This document shows, piece after piece, positions 23,301 to 38,300 of a stretch of DNA of 64,000 nucleotides; the stretch's first letter is position 1, and every line of letters starts with the position of its first letter. Source of the stretch: Phyllobates terribilis (taxonomy: Eukaryota); contig NW_027362761.1 of NCBI RefSeq assembly GCF_046119375.1, positions 480,252,001 through 480,316,000 of the forward strand, in the 5' to 3' direction. The notes under the pieces were generated by a model that worked only from the letters and a program-made list of their open reading frames with translations, was not told the origin of the DNA and did no database searches. Both the position numbers and the translations under genes were made by a program.

Positions 23301-26300
23301 CTAATCTACCTGGACTTCCAATTCCTTATTGGTCTTAAGCTGATGTCTTTAATAAAAAGGAGGCAGAGACATTACCCCCTCATAGACCATACGACTGTCC
23401 CATCGACCTGTTACCCGGTACTACTCCTCCCCGTGGGCGTATTTATCCTTTATCCGCTGCTGAGACCCGGTCGATGTCCGAATATATTGAGGAGAATCTG
23501 GCCAGGGGATTCATCCGGAAATCTACCTCCCCGGCGGGAGCAGGCTTCTTTTTCGTTAAAAAGAAGGACGGCTCTCTCCGTCCCTGTATAGACTATAGAG
23601 GCCTAAACCAGATCACGGTGAAGAATAAGTACCCCCTCCCGCTCATTCCAGAATTATTTGATCGTCTGAGGGGGGCTAGAATCTTCACCAAACTAGACCT
23701 CCGTGGGGCGTACAACCTGGTTCGTATCCGTCAAGGGGATGAATGGAAGACGGCATTCAACACCCGGGACGGCCACTATGAATACCTGGTAATGCCCTTT
23801 GGTCTCTGTAACGCTCCTGCCGTTTTTCAAGAGTTGGTCAATGACATCTTCCGGGACCTTCTCTACTCCTGCGTAGTGGTGTACCTGGACGACATCTTGG
23901 TCTTCTCTCCGGATCTCCAGACTCACCGGAGGGACGTTCGTCAGGTCCTGCTCAGGCTCAGGCAGAATTACCTCTTCACTAAATACGAGAAGTGCCTCTT
24001 TGAGCAGACCTCGCTTCCGTTTTTGGGCTACATTATTTCTCAGACCGGCCTACGAATGGATCCAGAGAAACTATCTGCCATCGAGAAATGGCCTCGACCG
24101 GAGGGGCTGAAGGCCATTCAGCGGTTCCTGGGCTTCGCCAACTACTACCGCCTCTTCATACCACACTTCTCTTCCCGGACTGCCCCAATTTCCGCGCTCA
24201 CCCGTAAGGGTACTAATCCCAAAGAGTGGCCGCCCGAAGCAGAAGAAGCCTTTCTTTCCTTAAAACAGGCCTTCTCTGCATCGCCCGGACGGCAACAAGC
24301 AGTTCTTCCTGGAAGTGGACGCCTCCTCCTCTGGAGCTGGAGCGGTACTTACTCAAAAATCTTCTTCCGGGAGGATGGTAACTTGCGGCTTCTTCTCTAA
24401 ACTCTTCTCCTCCTCAGAGCGCAATTATTCCATAGGAGATCGAGAGTTATTGGCCATCAAACTGGCATTGGAGGAGTGGCGTTACCTGCTTGAGGGGGCT
24501 CTTCACCCGGTAATAATTTACACTGACCACAAGAACTTGGCTTATCTCCAGCATGCCCAGAGACTTAACCCGCGCCAAGCCCGGTGGTCCTTGTTTTTTG
24601 CTCGTTTTGATTTTGTCCTTCATTTTCGCCCGGCTGACAAAAACGTCAAGGCGGACGCCTTGTCTCGATCCTTTCTGGTATCTGATCTCGAGGAAGATCC
24701 GAAACACATCATCGATCCCGCCAGAGTAATGCAGGTGGCTCCCGTGAGTCTAAATCTTCTTCCTCCCGGAAAGACGTTCGTATCAGTACCTGATCGGGAG
24801 AAGATCCTTCACTGGGGTCACTCGTCTAAACTGGCTGGCCACGCTGGTCAGAAGAAGACCCTCCAGCTTATTTCCCGGCACTACTGGTGGCCTACCCTGC
24901 ACAAGGATGTAATAGACTTTGTTTCTGCCTGTGTGTCCTGCGCCCGCAACAAGGTTCCGAGACATCTGCCAGCCGGTCGCCTCCTTCCGCTCCCAGTACC
25001 TGCTGCCCCCTGGCAGCATATTGCAATGGACTTCATAACTGACCTCCCACTCTCTGCCGGTTGTACGGTCATTTGGGTGGTCGCTGACCGCTTCTCCAAG
25101 ATGGCTCATTTCGTTCCCCTGCCAGGCCTCCCGTCTGCACCCGAGCTAGCTAGAGACTTTATTCGTCACATCTTCCGTTTTCATGGCCTGCCCCTCCACA
25201 TCGTGTCGGATCGTGGGGTACAGTTCACCTCACGCTTCTGGAGAGCCACTTGTAAACTACTAGACGTCTCCCTGGACTTCTCTTCCGCTTACCACCCACA
25301 GTCCAATGGTCAAGTGGAGCGGATCAATCAGAACCTGACCAGTTACCTCCGGCACTTCGTTAATGCCCACCATTCTGACTGGGTGGATCTCCTACCATGG
25401 GCCGAGTTCTCTTACAATAATCACGAGAGCGAATCCTCCTCCAAATCCCCGTTTTTTGTAGTCTTTGGTCAGCATCCTCGGATTCCTTTTCCTGTCTCCA
25501 CCTCGGTGGACAACCCGGCTGCGGAATCTCTCGTTAGCAAATTTTCCTCCATTTGGGAGAGTACCCGATCCGCACTCCTTCAGTCTTCCGAGCGTATGAA
25601 AAGACACGCTGACAAAAAACGTCTGGACCCTCCTCAATTCCGTCCTGGGGATAAAGTCTGGCTCTCGTCCAAATATGTCCGGCTCAAGATCCCTTCCTAT
25701 AAGTTAGGGCCTCGGTTCATCGGCCCACTGGAGGTCATCAGTCAGATCAACCCGGTGGCCTATAAATTGAAACTCCCGGCCAACTTACGGATCCCTAACT
25801 CCTTCCATGTAGCTCTCCTCAAACCTGTGGTACTTAACTCTTTTTCCAAGTCTACAGGTACGCCTCCTGCTCCGGTTTCTGCTGAGGACGAGTTTGAGGT
25901 AGAGAACATTCTTGCCACCAAAAGGGTAAGAGGAAAGACCTTTTTTCTGGTAGATTGGAAGGGGTTTGGTCCTGAGGAGAGAACGTGGGAGCCCCGGGAG
26001 AACATCCATGCCCCTCTCATCCTAGCTAAATTTCTGTCTGGCCTAAAAAAGGGGGGGCCTAAAGGGGGGGGTACTGTAGCGCTGGCGTCCCTGCCCTCTG
26101 CTAGGCAGGGACGCTGCTCCCCTCACCGCTCTGCTCCGTGCCCGGCGTCCTCTCCCCGCTCTGCTGTCAGCGCGCGCTCCTTCCCGGCGTCCTCCTCCCG
26201 CTCTGCTCTCAGCGCGCGCTCCTTCCCGGCCCCTGTGCTTAGGGCGCGCGCGCTCCCCTCCTCTTAAAGGGGCCGCGCGCGCCGTCCTAAGGAGTCCCCG

Positions 26301-29300
26301 GCCAATGGCCGGAGGACTTCATCATATAGAGGGCACCTCCTCCAAAATGGAGGTGCCCGAGCAATGTTGTTTGCACCTGTGTCTCACCTGTGCTTCAGCC
26401 CTCAGGTCCCGCTGCCAGTTACCTGCCAGTTTCCTGCCAGTTACCTGCCTGATTCCTGCCTGAATACTTGTTACCTGTCTGCCAGTCTGAGGTCCGACGG
26501 TCTGCCTTACTACTCCTGTCAGTCTGTCTAAAGGACCAGCCTGCCCGCTCACCTGGGAGCGCACATCAGCTACCTGCCTGCTTTCCTGAGGTCCGACGGT
26601 CTGCCTTACAACTCCGGTCAGTCTGTCTATGGACCAGCTTGCCCGCTCACCTGGGAGCGCTTCTCCGTTACCTGCCTGCTTGCCTACCTGGAGGCTCCGC
26701 CGTCACGTGCTGTGACCACCAGCTATTCCAGACTCTTGCCCGCTCACCTGGGAGCGCTTCTCCGTTACCTGCCTGCTTGCCTGCCCGGAGGCTCCGTTGT
26801 CACGTGCTGTGACCATCAGCTACTTCAGACTCTTGTCCGCTCACCTGGGAGCGCTTCTCCATTACCTGCCTGCTTGCCAGCCAGGAGGTTCCGCCGTCAC
26901 GTGCCGTGACCACCTGCTATTCCAGAGACTCTCGCTTGCTCACCTGGGAGCACACATCTACCATCTGCCTGCTAGCCTACCCGGAGGCTCTGCCATCACA
27001 GGTCGTACCTACCCTTTACCCAGAGACTGCCCTGATCACTTGCCGTATCTCCCTGTCCGTTCATCCAGAGACTGCCACCCGCTCCCTTACAAGGGCCGCC
27101 CCCTTGTATAGTAGCTCAGAGGTTCCGCCTCCCAGACCCGTTACAACTTCAATAGTGTTAATCTGCAAAGCCGGACACAGAGCGCAGGCAAGTATCACAA
27201 TTGCAAAATCAGACACAGCCCACCCATGTCATTCAAAAGACCCCAGACCACGCCAACATCATGTGCTATTTTGGACTTTCTTATACGGCGAACCTGGTAG
27301 TATCCCAGCAAAGATCACTATGGATGTCCCTAAATATGAACAATACGTGTTCAACCAGACAGAACATATGTTATTAGCACAGGTGATGACTGTAACACTC
27401 CTTACATTCCAGTCACCAGTGAGACCATCAGCAGCACTGAGATACTCGCTGGCTCGTACAACATCATCAATATCCGAGAAGAAATCTAAGTAGTTTTGGT
27501 GAAGGTATAAGTTAAATAATTCACTTCGCATATGTGACTTCTCTACAACGGCCTGTAGGGAAGAAACAAGAAAAACATTAAAGAACTAATAACAAAAACA
27601 CTAAAAACTAGACTGTCAGCAAGAAAAGAGTAACAGACTTGTGTGATTCAGGGTCCAGGGATGGAGAATGGACAAGGCAAATCACAAAATATTCACCTGC
27701 ATCTTCATCCTTGTGACCCAGTCCTAAATGGCCCCTCTAAACTGTACCGAAAATCTACCTGCTCTTCACAATACTCCCTAAGTTATTGCAGAAGTCCTTT
27801 CAGACAATGCATTTTTATGGTGGTATAACTCATGTAGGTAACAACTGGCCATTGGTAGAATCAGCTCTGACCAGAGTAATGACGATCCATGTACACCACA
27901 ATGTGGGATGTGTTGGGTTAAGTGAGGAATAGGAAATTAAAGCAAAGTTCTGCTAATCCCCTCTGTAAAACATGAACCATCTTTACCTTTAAACAGAACA
28001 CAGTCCATAACCATTTTAGTTTACAAAGAGTCATACATAATAGCATCCATACTGATAAAAAAAAATGTCTCACCTCTGGAAGAACCAGCAGCAGGTCTCT
28101 GTCATGTTGTGATAAATGTGCAGGCAATTTATAGCAGTCCAAGTCAGATTCTGGAGCCTCCCCTGGAAATACATGTGATAGAGTATATCACCAAATAAAG
28201 TCTCCATTCCTAATTCTCTAGTGCTGTGTACAGTTCATGGACTGGGACCATTTATACACGCATGTACTGATGTTACAAACATCATGGTAATGTGTCTATG
28301 CAGATGATTTTCCTCCTATATGAAGATATTGCAGCCAAACTATAGAGCTTGTAATGTCCGCTGGGCAAAGGTCTAAAATCCTGACGAGGCCCTCAAGCAC
28401 ATGGGTCCTTTTACAGGACGGATTTTTTTTTTGACTGTCACAAGCACAAATAATGATTGCAAGTAGGGGAAATCGCACATTCGACTATTCGTTGGTTTGT
28501 TCTCACTGTTATAATCGGCAGCATATGTGCTTCTGACCAGTGATAACTTTGAGTAGTCAGATGAAAATCAAGCATTTGCTCACTTGTCAGCTGATTGATG
28601 GGTTCATTTATATTGGGCAATGATTAAAAAGAACAAACTTTTGTTCTCCTGATCATTGGCCCTTTAAAACAAAGCCTTCAGTCCATAAGGTTACTGAATT
28701 TATTACAATATCAGTAAATTAACAATAAAACAACAAAAATAATCTTAATTCGCATGTCACACAATGGACTCACATCTCAGTCCTGGCTTATGTTATTGAT
28801 ATTGCTTATCTATATATCTATCTATCAAACAAAAGAATAGCAGCACAGTCTTCAGTCAGTGGTGAAATCCCTTCCATGAACACAGTTAAGAAGGAGCTCT
28901 GGCTATACATAAAAAGATAAGGAAAATAGAGGCAGCGCTCAAGGGGCCCTAGTGAAGAAAACGTGGAGTGTCATTCACCCACCTAGGTGCAAATACAAAA
29001 TATACACATGAAAAACTAACAAAGTATATTAATTGCAGCATTAGGGAAAGATTTAACAGTAAAATGCCTTGAATAATTCTTACTTTTACAGTGAAGTATT
29101 TTCCCCAATGCTCGGAACAAGAAAAGAGAAGCATCTTTGCCTCCGATGGCTTGAATTTCATCAGCTTTGTCTCCAACATTAGACCATTTTTTTTTATTCT
29201 GTGATTTGGATGATGTTTTTGACATCTTTGAGGGTTTTCCTTTCTTCTTAGACCAGAATTCACTTGTCAAGGAAGAATCTGTAATCAATGGAGAAATAGG

Positions 29301-32300
29301 AATAGTAGTTTCAGGCTACGATTACTGGTAACAGGCTTACTCCTGTGTGAGACATGTAATGACAATCTACTCTCCTCACTGATCTCACTGCAGAGCTGTG
29401 TGTGATTATAAAATGCAGTCAGTATAGCAGAGCCGAGTGTCATTACCAACACTTCTTCAGCTTTTTTCTCATGACAGCAATTGTGTGAGAGTGGCAGTAC
29501 AACAGAACAGAGCATTGTTTCATAAACACTTCTAGCAGCTCTTCTCTCAGTGGTGTTAGCTCTGATGTACTGCCCCTCCCCTCACACTGGCTGCTCTGAG
29601 AAGAAAGTTGAAGAAGCGTTTGTAATTACACTTACCTCTGCTCTACTCCCAGCACTTTGTAATCACACAGCTCTACAGTGAAATCAATGAGGCGAGAAGG
29701 CTGTCTGTCATGACACAGGAGCAAGCCTGTTCGGGGTAACCCTTGACTCTGATCTCTCCTTCAAACCTCATATCCAAGCCCTTTCCACTTCCTGCCGACT
29801 CAAACTCAAAAATATCTCCCGGATCCGCACATTCCTCATCCATGAATCTTTAAAAACTCTAGTGCACGCCCTCATCATCTCCCGCCTTGACTACTGCAAC
29901 CTAATGCTCTGTGGCCTCCCTTCCAATACTCGCACACCCCTCCAATCTATCCTAAACTCTGCTGCCCGACTAATCCACCGGTCCCCTCGCTATGGCCTCT
30001 TCTCTCTGTCAATCCCTTCACTGGCATGCAAAGCCATCCACAACCTGTCTCCTCCATATATCTGTGACCTAGTCTCCCGATACTTACCTGCACACAACCT
30101 ACGATCCTCACAAGATCGCCTTCTCTACTCCCCTCTTATCTCCTCCTCCCACAATCGCATACAAGATTTCTCCCGTGCTTCCCCCCTACTCTTGAATTCT
30201 CTACCCCAATATATCAGACTCTCGCCTACCGTGGAAACCTTCAAAAGGAACCTGAAGACCCACCTCTTCCGACAAGCCTACAGACTGCAGTAACCCTCGC
30301 TCCACGACCAGCTCTACCCTCACCTACTGTATCCTCACCCATCCCTTGTAGACTGTGAGCCCTCGCAGGCAGGGTCCTCTCTCCTCCTGTACCAGTCGCT
30401 GACTCGTTTTTGTTCAAATTATTGTACTTGTTATTTGCCATGTATACCCCTTTTAAACATGTAAAGCGCCATGGAATTAATGGCGCTATAGTAATAAATA
30501 ATAATATAAATAATAATAATATTGTGGGGGTGTGTTCTCCGCCCCTCCCGCATGACACCTCCTGCTTATGATTGGTCAATTTCATGCAAGGGAAGTAGTA
30601 CAAGTTCCAATAGTAAGGTGTTAATTTCACATCCACGTCATGGATTAGTTGGTCTTATCATAAGTTATAACCAAAACTTTACAAGGTAATATCTCTGCAA
30701 CAGAGAGGAGAAATTATAAAACAAAAATTACATTTTATTCAGCTCTGCAGCCACTATTCCAAGATGTTTCCAGTTTAACATGCTCAAACTGGTGAAAGGT
30801 CCTCTTTAAGTCACAAGTTCAGTCTTACCTTTAAGTGCTGAGAACTGAAGACTATTAATAGCGCTTCTAATATCCCCCGAACATCCAGAGCACAAGAGCT
30901 CCAGAGCTTCCTTATCAGGAATAATGAATTTTCCTCCGCTCTGAAACAGAGGACAGCACGGTGCACATCACAATGCAGCTTTGTAGCGCATATACTTCGA
31001 GATCCATGATATTATGAAGCTCCATAAAGACCATTTTATTTAAGATCACACATTTACTAAGAGAAATTTCAAGGATAACAATGTAATATGTTCAATGTAG
31101 AGAAAAAAAATCTGTTTTGTTTCCCTCTTCTAAACTGCTGCCACCGCTTTGTTAGCACTCTAAAGAGCTTAATTTCATCCCTGTAGCTGGGAAAAGTCTT
31201 TTTGTCTAGCAACATATGCAAATCGGCTTGAGTAGTCCAGTGGGCGGGTCTGGCCCATACTTCACGCCTTTTAAGAGCCAATCAGGCTCCTTTACAACTA
31301 ATTGATATATAAAGCGGAAGCAGCAAACCGTGGTTGTTGTGTGCGTGCTTTCAGGATTTCAATGAATGTTCAATTAAGCATAGCATTTCACAGGACATTT
31401 GTAGGATTATTGTTGTATAGCGAAAGGATTAATTTCCTGTTTCTACTGCTGCAAGAGTTACACGAGATATCAATCTATCCATGCTATCTGTTATGATTTT
31501 TAACTATTGCTGATATATTGCTCGTTTATACGTACCTTTTAAAAATTCAATAAAGGTGTGAAATATAAATGGTTTATGAGAAGGTGTCTAAACCATGCAC
31601 ATACTGACCGTAGTAGCTTCAGTAGCTGCAATCCGGCTCAGCACTTTCATCATGCTGGTGGGGGCAACAGGATTGAAGCTGCAAGAGAACAGGAGTACTT
31701 AGTACACATGTATTTTATAATAAATTGTATGATTGGTTTTCAGTGAAACCTCTTGGTGACAGAAAATTATCCGATTATTTGGGTGGCTTACTCATAGCAG
31801 AGGGCTGGTATACATAATATATAGTGGAACTGAAAATCTGTCACAAAAAAATCTAGTCTGGATAAGGCCCCTTTCAAATTGCATTATTCCCCACTCTCCG
31901 TGGTGGGCCTGTCGGTGCTTAAACCCCCCACCCCACCTCCACCCCCATGCGCAAAATGGAATTCTTGCGTATACGCCGACGGGGCTATTGGCTATAAAGG
32001 TGTAGACAGGGTCAATGTGTGCTGTGTCGTGCATCATTTTCGGGCATATATACGCCTACTGGAGGCGAACACTCAGACGTACACTGTGTACACTGAGTGT
32101 CACCTCCAGTAGGTGTATACACCCAAAAATTATGCAAAACAGAGCTCACTTTCTGACTCCGACAGCACCTTTGTAGTCAAAGGCCCCGTCGGCGCATCCA
32201 GTTTTGTGGTGGGATTCAGAAGTAAGCCCCACTGAGATTACGGCGCATGAGGAAGAATGCAATGTGAAAGAGCCCAAGTGGAAAAAAAGACATACATGAG

Positions 32301-35300
32301 CTTCTCACAAAATTAGAATACAGTATAATCAAATAGTTAATTTATTTCAGTTCTTCAATACAAAAAGTGAAACTCATTATATAGTCATTACAAACAGAGT
32401 GATCTATTTCAAGTGTTTATTTCTGTTAATGCTGATGATTATGGCTTACAGCCAATGAAAACACAAAAGTCATTATCTCAGTAAATTAGAATACTTTATA
32501 ACAACAGCTTGAAAAATGATTTTAAAATCCGAAGTGTTGTCCTACTGAAATGTCTGTTCAGTAAATGCTCTCAATACTTGGTCTGGGGTCCTTCTGCATT
32601 AATTACTGCATCAATGCGGTGTGGCATGGGGGTGATCAGCCTGTGGCGCTGCGGAGGTGTTATGGAAGCCCAGGTTGCTTTGATAGCAGCCTTCAGCTCA
32701 TCTGCATTGTTGGGTCTGGTGTCTCATCTTCCTCTTGAGAATACCCTATAGATTCTCTATGGGGTTAAGGTCAGGCGAGTTTGCTGGCCAATCAAGCACA
32801 GTGATACTGTTGTTTATAAACCAGGAATTGGTACTTTTGGCAGTGTGGACAGGTGCAAAGTCCTTCTGGAGAATGAAATTTCCATCTCCAAAAATCTTGT
32901 CGACAGAGGGCAGCATGAAGAGGTCTAAAATTTCCTGGTAGATGGCTGATCTGACTTTGGTCTTGATAAAACACAGTGGACCTACACCCGCAGATGACAT
33001 GGCTCCCCAAACCATTACTGATTGTGGAAACTTCACACTAGACCTCAAGCAGCTTGGATTGTGGCCTCTCCACTCTTCCTCCAGACTCTGGGACCTCGAT
33101 TTCCAAATGAAATGCAAAATTTACTTTCATCTGAAAACAACACCTTGGACCACTGAGCAACAGTCCAAGACTTTTTCTCCTTGGCCCAGCTATGACGCTT
33201 CTGGCTTTGTCTATTGGTCATGAGTGGCTTGACACAAGGAATGTGACACTTGTAGCCCATGTCCTGGATACGTCTGTGTGTGGTGGCTCTTGAAGCAATG
33301 TCTCCAGCAGTAATTCACTCATTGTGAATCTCACCCAAATGTTAACAATCCTTTCAAGGCTGCGGTTATCCCGGTTGCTTGTGCACCTTTTTCTACCACA
33401 CTTTTTCCTTCCACTCAACTTTCCATTAATATGCTTGGATACAGCACTCTGAACAGCCAGCTTCTTTAGCAATGACCTTTTGTGGCTTACCCTCCTTGTG
33501 GAGTGGGTCAATGACCACCTTCTGGACATCTGTCAAGTCTGCATTCTTCCCCATGATTGTGGAGCCTACTGAAACAGACTAAGGACCTTTGTAAACGCTT
33601 CAAAAGCCTTTGCAGGTGTTTTTTTGTTAATTATTCTAATTAACTGAGATAATGACTTTTGTGTTTTCATTGGCTGTAAGCCATAATCATCAACATTAAC
33701 AGAAATAAACACTTGAAATAGATCACTCTGTTTGTAAAGACTTTATATACGAGTTTCACTTTTTGTATTGAAGAACTGAAATAAATTAACTTTTTGATGA
33801 TATTCTAATTTTGTGAAAAGCACCTGTAGGTCTATCCAGTTCAATCTTGATCAATTAAAAATTATTGCTACACTATTAATAATGCCACTAGTTTTAGAAA
33901 AGCATCCAGCCCTTTTACAAAAGCTGATATATCGTCCACCATGTTGTGATCGGGCATTCCACAGTCTGACTGCTCCAACTGTAAAGAATCCTTTCCTATT
34001 TAGCTGGCGGAATCACCTTTCCTCTACATGTAGTGAATGTTCCCTGGTCTTTTGTAAGGTCCTTGGAAGGAATAAATCATGTGCCTGTCCTTTGTATTAA
34101 CCACACATATATTTATACATATAAATGGGGTCACCGCTGAGGAATCTTTTTTTCTAAGCTGAATAAGCCCAACTTTTCCAACCAATCGTTTTCCAATCTA
34201 GTTGTCCGCTTTGGAACTGACTAACTGCCCAATATCTATTTTAAAATGTGGAGCCTAAAACTGTATCCCATATTCTAGATATGACCTCACAAGTGATTTA
34301 TAAAAGGGGTGATCATACATTTGTATCACAGGATTTTCTCTTTTTACGCACCCTAAAATCTAGTTTGCTTTTTCAGCTGCTGCCTGACATTGAGTGCTGC
34401 TTAGCTTACCAGAAACCTGAATACCCAACATCCTTTTGTTCTGTAATCCAGAGTATATTTCCACTGAATGTATATGCAGCAACAGGATTACCCCAGTCTA
34501 GGTGCATTATTCTACATTTATCAACATTAAACCTCATCTGTCATGTGTTTGCCCACGCAGGCATCTTATCTAGATCGTTCTGTAATATTCTATAATCTAG
34601 CTCAGTTTTTATCATTCTACATATTGTGTCATTAGCAAATTTAACATTTTATTCTCCATCCCATCCACAATGTCATTAATAAAAAGAATTGGTCATAACA
34701 CAGATCCTTGTGCCCCCACTGCTAACTAGACAATTTAGAGAACGTATCACTTACAATGACTTTTTTACTGTCCCTTAACAATTTTTTTTTTACTTCTCTG
34801 CATATAGTACTCCCTAGTCCTCGCTTCTGACATAAGAGCAGCAGTAAAAGATATCAGACTGACCAGTTGTATCTGACTGCCGCTGATTGGCTGCAGCGGT
34901 CACAGCGCATACAGTGGCATGTAAACGTTTCGGCACCCCTGGTATAAATTACTGTTACCGTGCCACTGTTATACATGCCACTGTAGTGTCACATGAGCTC
35001 TGAGATATAGTGCCAACATCTCTGGAATGGCACTGGTCCAGGAAATATGTGATTTTTTGGGTTTCTGGGGCCACTTTAGCATTTAAGAAGGGGTTGTCCA
35101 GTAGCGGATACACCCCCTTAAAATATGGCAATATTTTGGATTGTGATAAATTGACAGGTCAGAATAAAGAAGGCCTTCACCTTATATTGCAAACACACAA
35201 GTCATCCTGGATTTCTTTTGGGAACAGTCTTCTTTGATGGCTGTCACCACTCAGACTGTCTGATATTATGAACACTAGGGGGCAGCGACCAGTCTTTACA

Positions 35301-38300
35301 AATTTCCTGTAGTGGAATGAGAAAAAAAATGAGTATAACTCAGCAAGGTACATGAACATACAGCAAAAGAGCACACAGTTTATATTCTAACTTACCTGAG
35401 AATATCATGTAGACTTGCAGGGTCCCTATAAAATTGGTTGGGCATATCCTGAAACAAAGTGAAAAAAATAAAATGCATTGATATTTGCCTAATTGTATAT
35501 AATGAATATACATTTGGTGAGTATTACCACTAGAGGACATATATTCACTAATGGACACCATTAACAGAGCATGAGGATTTGTACTTCCATTGCTGGTTTA
35601 CTTTGGAGTAAAAAAAAAAAAAAAAAAAATGAAAATAAAATAGATGAAATAAGTTTCAATGTACAATTTCAAAATCTTCACTCCCCACTAGTGATGAGCG
35701 AGTGTGCTCGTTTAACCCCTTTACCGAGCACGCTCGGGTGCTTCCCGAGTATCTTCGGTGTGCTTGTAGATGTTTCAGTCCCTGCTTCTGCATGATTTAC
35801 AGCTGTAAGACATCCTAAACACATTCCGGGATTGCCTGTTTGTTAGGGAATCCTCACATGTGTAAAGGCTGTGTCAGCCATAAATCATGCAGAAGAAAGG
35901 ACTGAAACATAATATACGAGCACGCCGAAGATGCTCGGGAAGCACTCGAGCGTGCTCGGTGAAAGGGTTAAACGAGTATGTTCGCTCATCACTACTCACC
36001 ACCTAAAATGCAATTTACAAATTGCTCCTGGATTAAGACTTTTCACATGTGGCTGCCAGGAATGCATGCTGGATGTGAGGTTTGCCTTTGTTAGATCTTG
36101 TGTAATGGCACAGCTTCATTCCTGTACAGATTTCCTTTTGCACAGGCCTTGAGGGATCTCACCTCTCCAGTTCTGCTTGACACTAATGTCAAAGTGCATG
36201 AAACTCCCCTTTCTCTACATAGATACTCATCTTGTGTATTCACAGAAATATTCCCTGCTCACGGACATGTGAATTTCTTGCAATATACAGCCTCCTTGTC
36301 CTCCCAAATGCTATCCTTAGCACAGAGAAGGGATAAGGAGAGCAAACAAAGTAGACTTAACCCAGGAGCAGAAAATACGCCACCATCAGATATGTGAAGG
36401 AGTCAATTCTGTAGCAGCAAAATGGTCGTAAACTTTAATAAAAACTATTTAAAAAGTTTCTTAATCTTGCAATTATGAATCAAATGGACAATAATAAAAT
36501 TTACCGAAATTGAGTCCATACCCTTTAAGTTTCTCCAGTATGGTGTTATTTTACTTTTATTTCTAACCTGTATGCAAAGTTTGATTACGTCACTCGCAAT
36601 TAACAATTTGTAGACAAATTTATTTCCCTTCTATACGTAGGCAAACTTTGGTGATGAGCAGTTTATTTCAACTTTATTTTAGGACTTACATCAACGATGA
36701 TGAGTTTTCTGTCAGTACAGGGCAACTCTCCCATCATCTGAAGTTTGTTATATTTGTTAGCCCTTAAAAGAAAATCCTGAAAAAGAGCGGACTGTGACTG
36801 ACTGGTGAACATCTGAAATCCCATATCTAGAGGAGAAAATGGAAACAGACAAACATTTATGTTACAAGCCATACAGGAAATTTGATTAAGGACTATGCAA
36901 AAGGAACCTATGGAGGTAAAGGATCTTTAGTAAGTTGGACACAAAATCCTTATTGATGAACAGCATCTGAACATCATAGTATAATAATTTTTTATATCAA
37001 CCCCATAATTAGAACCCCTAAAAATAGAAAATGATAACTGAAATGTACTGTTAACACTGATGCACTGCTGAACTGGCTGTCAATCTAAGTGATGGAGCAT
37101 GGTTACAGCCACTGCCCTCAGTATAGTAAGTGATGACTGTAGTCACGCCTACATGACTGAAAGCCGGCGGCTGCTCCCTGGAGAAAAAAAGTTAATTTTC
37201 TCCAGGGTTCCGCACTGAGCACTTCGGCACCCGGGAAAAAATGAACTTTTCAGGTGCACATTAAATATATCCACAGGTGCGTATCTTATTAACTCAGATG
37301 TTGTCAAAAAAACTATCAGAAGCTTCCAAACACATGACATCATCATATGGGCAGTCCAGAATTGTTTAAAGGCATAGTAATCTTAGTGTATGTAAACTTT
37401 TGACTTTGCAATAAGTAATAAAAATGCCTTAAAACATTCTCTCTCTCTCATTATTCTGGGATTTGGCAAATATTAAAAATTATGGTAATCCTAATTGACC
37501 TAAAACGGGAAAGGTTTATTCTGATTTCGTGTCAGATATTGAGAAAAACATGGAGATGTGTCTTTTTATATCGTGTATGTAAACTTCTGATTTCAATTGT
37601 GTATATACAAATGTCTAAAGTCCATAACTCTAAACAGGCAAGAGAGCAGCTTCCATAAATGTACAGGAAACAGAATACAATAATCTGCAATCAGAAATAC
37701 AGATTATAAAAAAAAAAATCACAATCTGGCTTCAATTAGTTTAAAAAAATGTATGTGACACATTCCCTTCAAGAAAAATAAATAAAAATATTCCTAAAAA
37801 AAAGTATTGGATATTTTAAGAAATGTTTACTAGGTTAGAGTAGAGTAGGGCCCGGCCAAAAGAGTCTCCTTGTAATGGTGGCAGGCTTAAAACAAAATCT
37901 TTTGGCCAAAACAAAAGCTGCTGGCTATGTACGTGATATGGTTCGATGGGAACTGTTAATGTGTGACTGGGGAGGACGGGGTACAGAGGTAGAGTTTTTC
38001 CAGTGGGCGGCGGGACTGTGGAAAGTTTGAGGGGTGAAGGCGGAGCTGGGGTGGAGCCTCGGCGGAGTCTCAAGGGTTTGCCAGTGTTGGGGCCCCCCGT
38101 GTATTCCTGGTCACTGCCCTGTTCACTACTACTGGAGCTCAGCAGCTCTCAGTGCTCATCACTTGATGAACTGAGCCATATACATATGGAAGCTACTGTG
38201 TTGAGTACCGTGGTGGATTAGCTGCAGCGCTACAGAATGGCAAATTTATTTGAATGGAATTGAATTCTATTTTACTTTTACAAAAATCCATTTTCTTCAA

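Larger units (their letters stand above)
20804..27145 (+). mobile_element. Full-length Ty3/Gypsy chromovirus (Tf1/sushi-like) LTR retrotransposon
   Basis: Two 1071-bp TG...CA LTRs, 5-bp TSD ACTTC (20799-20803, 27146-27150), PPT before 26075, and gag-PR-RT-RH-IN-chromodomain order. Confidence 0.98.
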
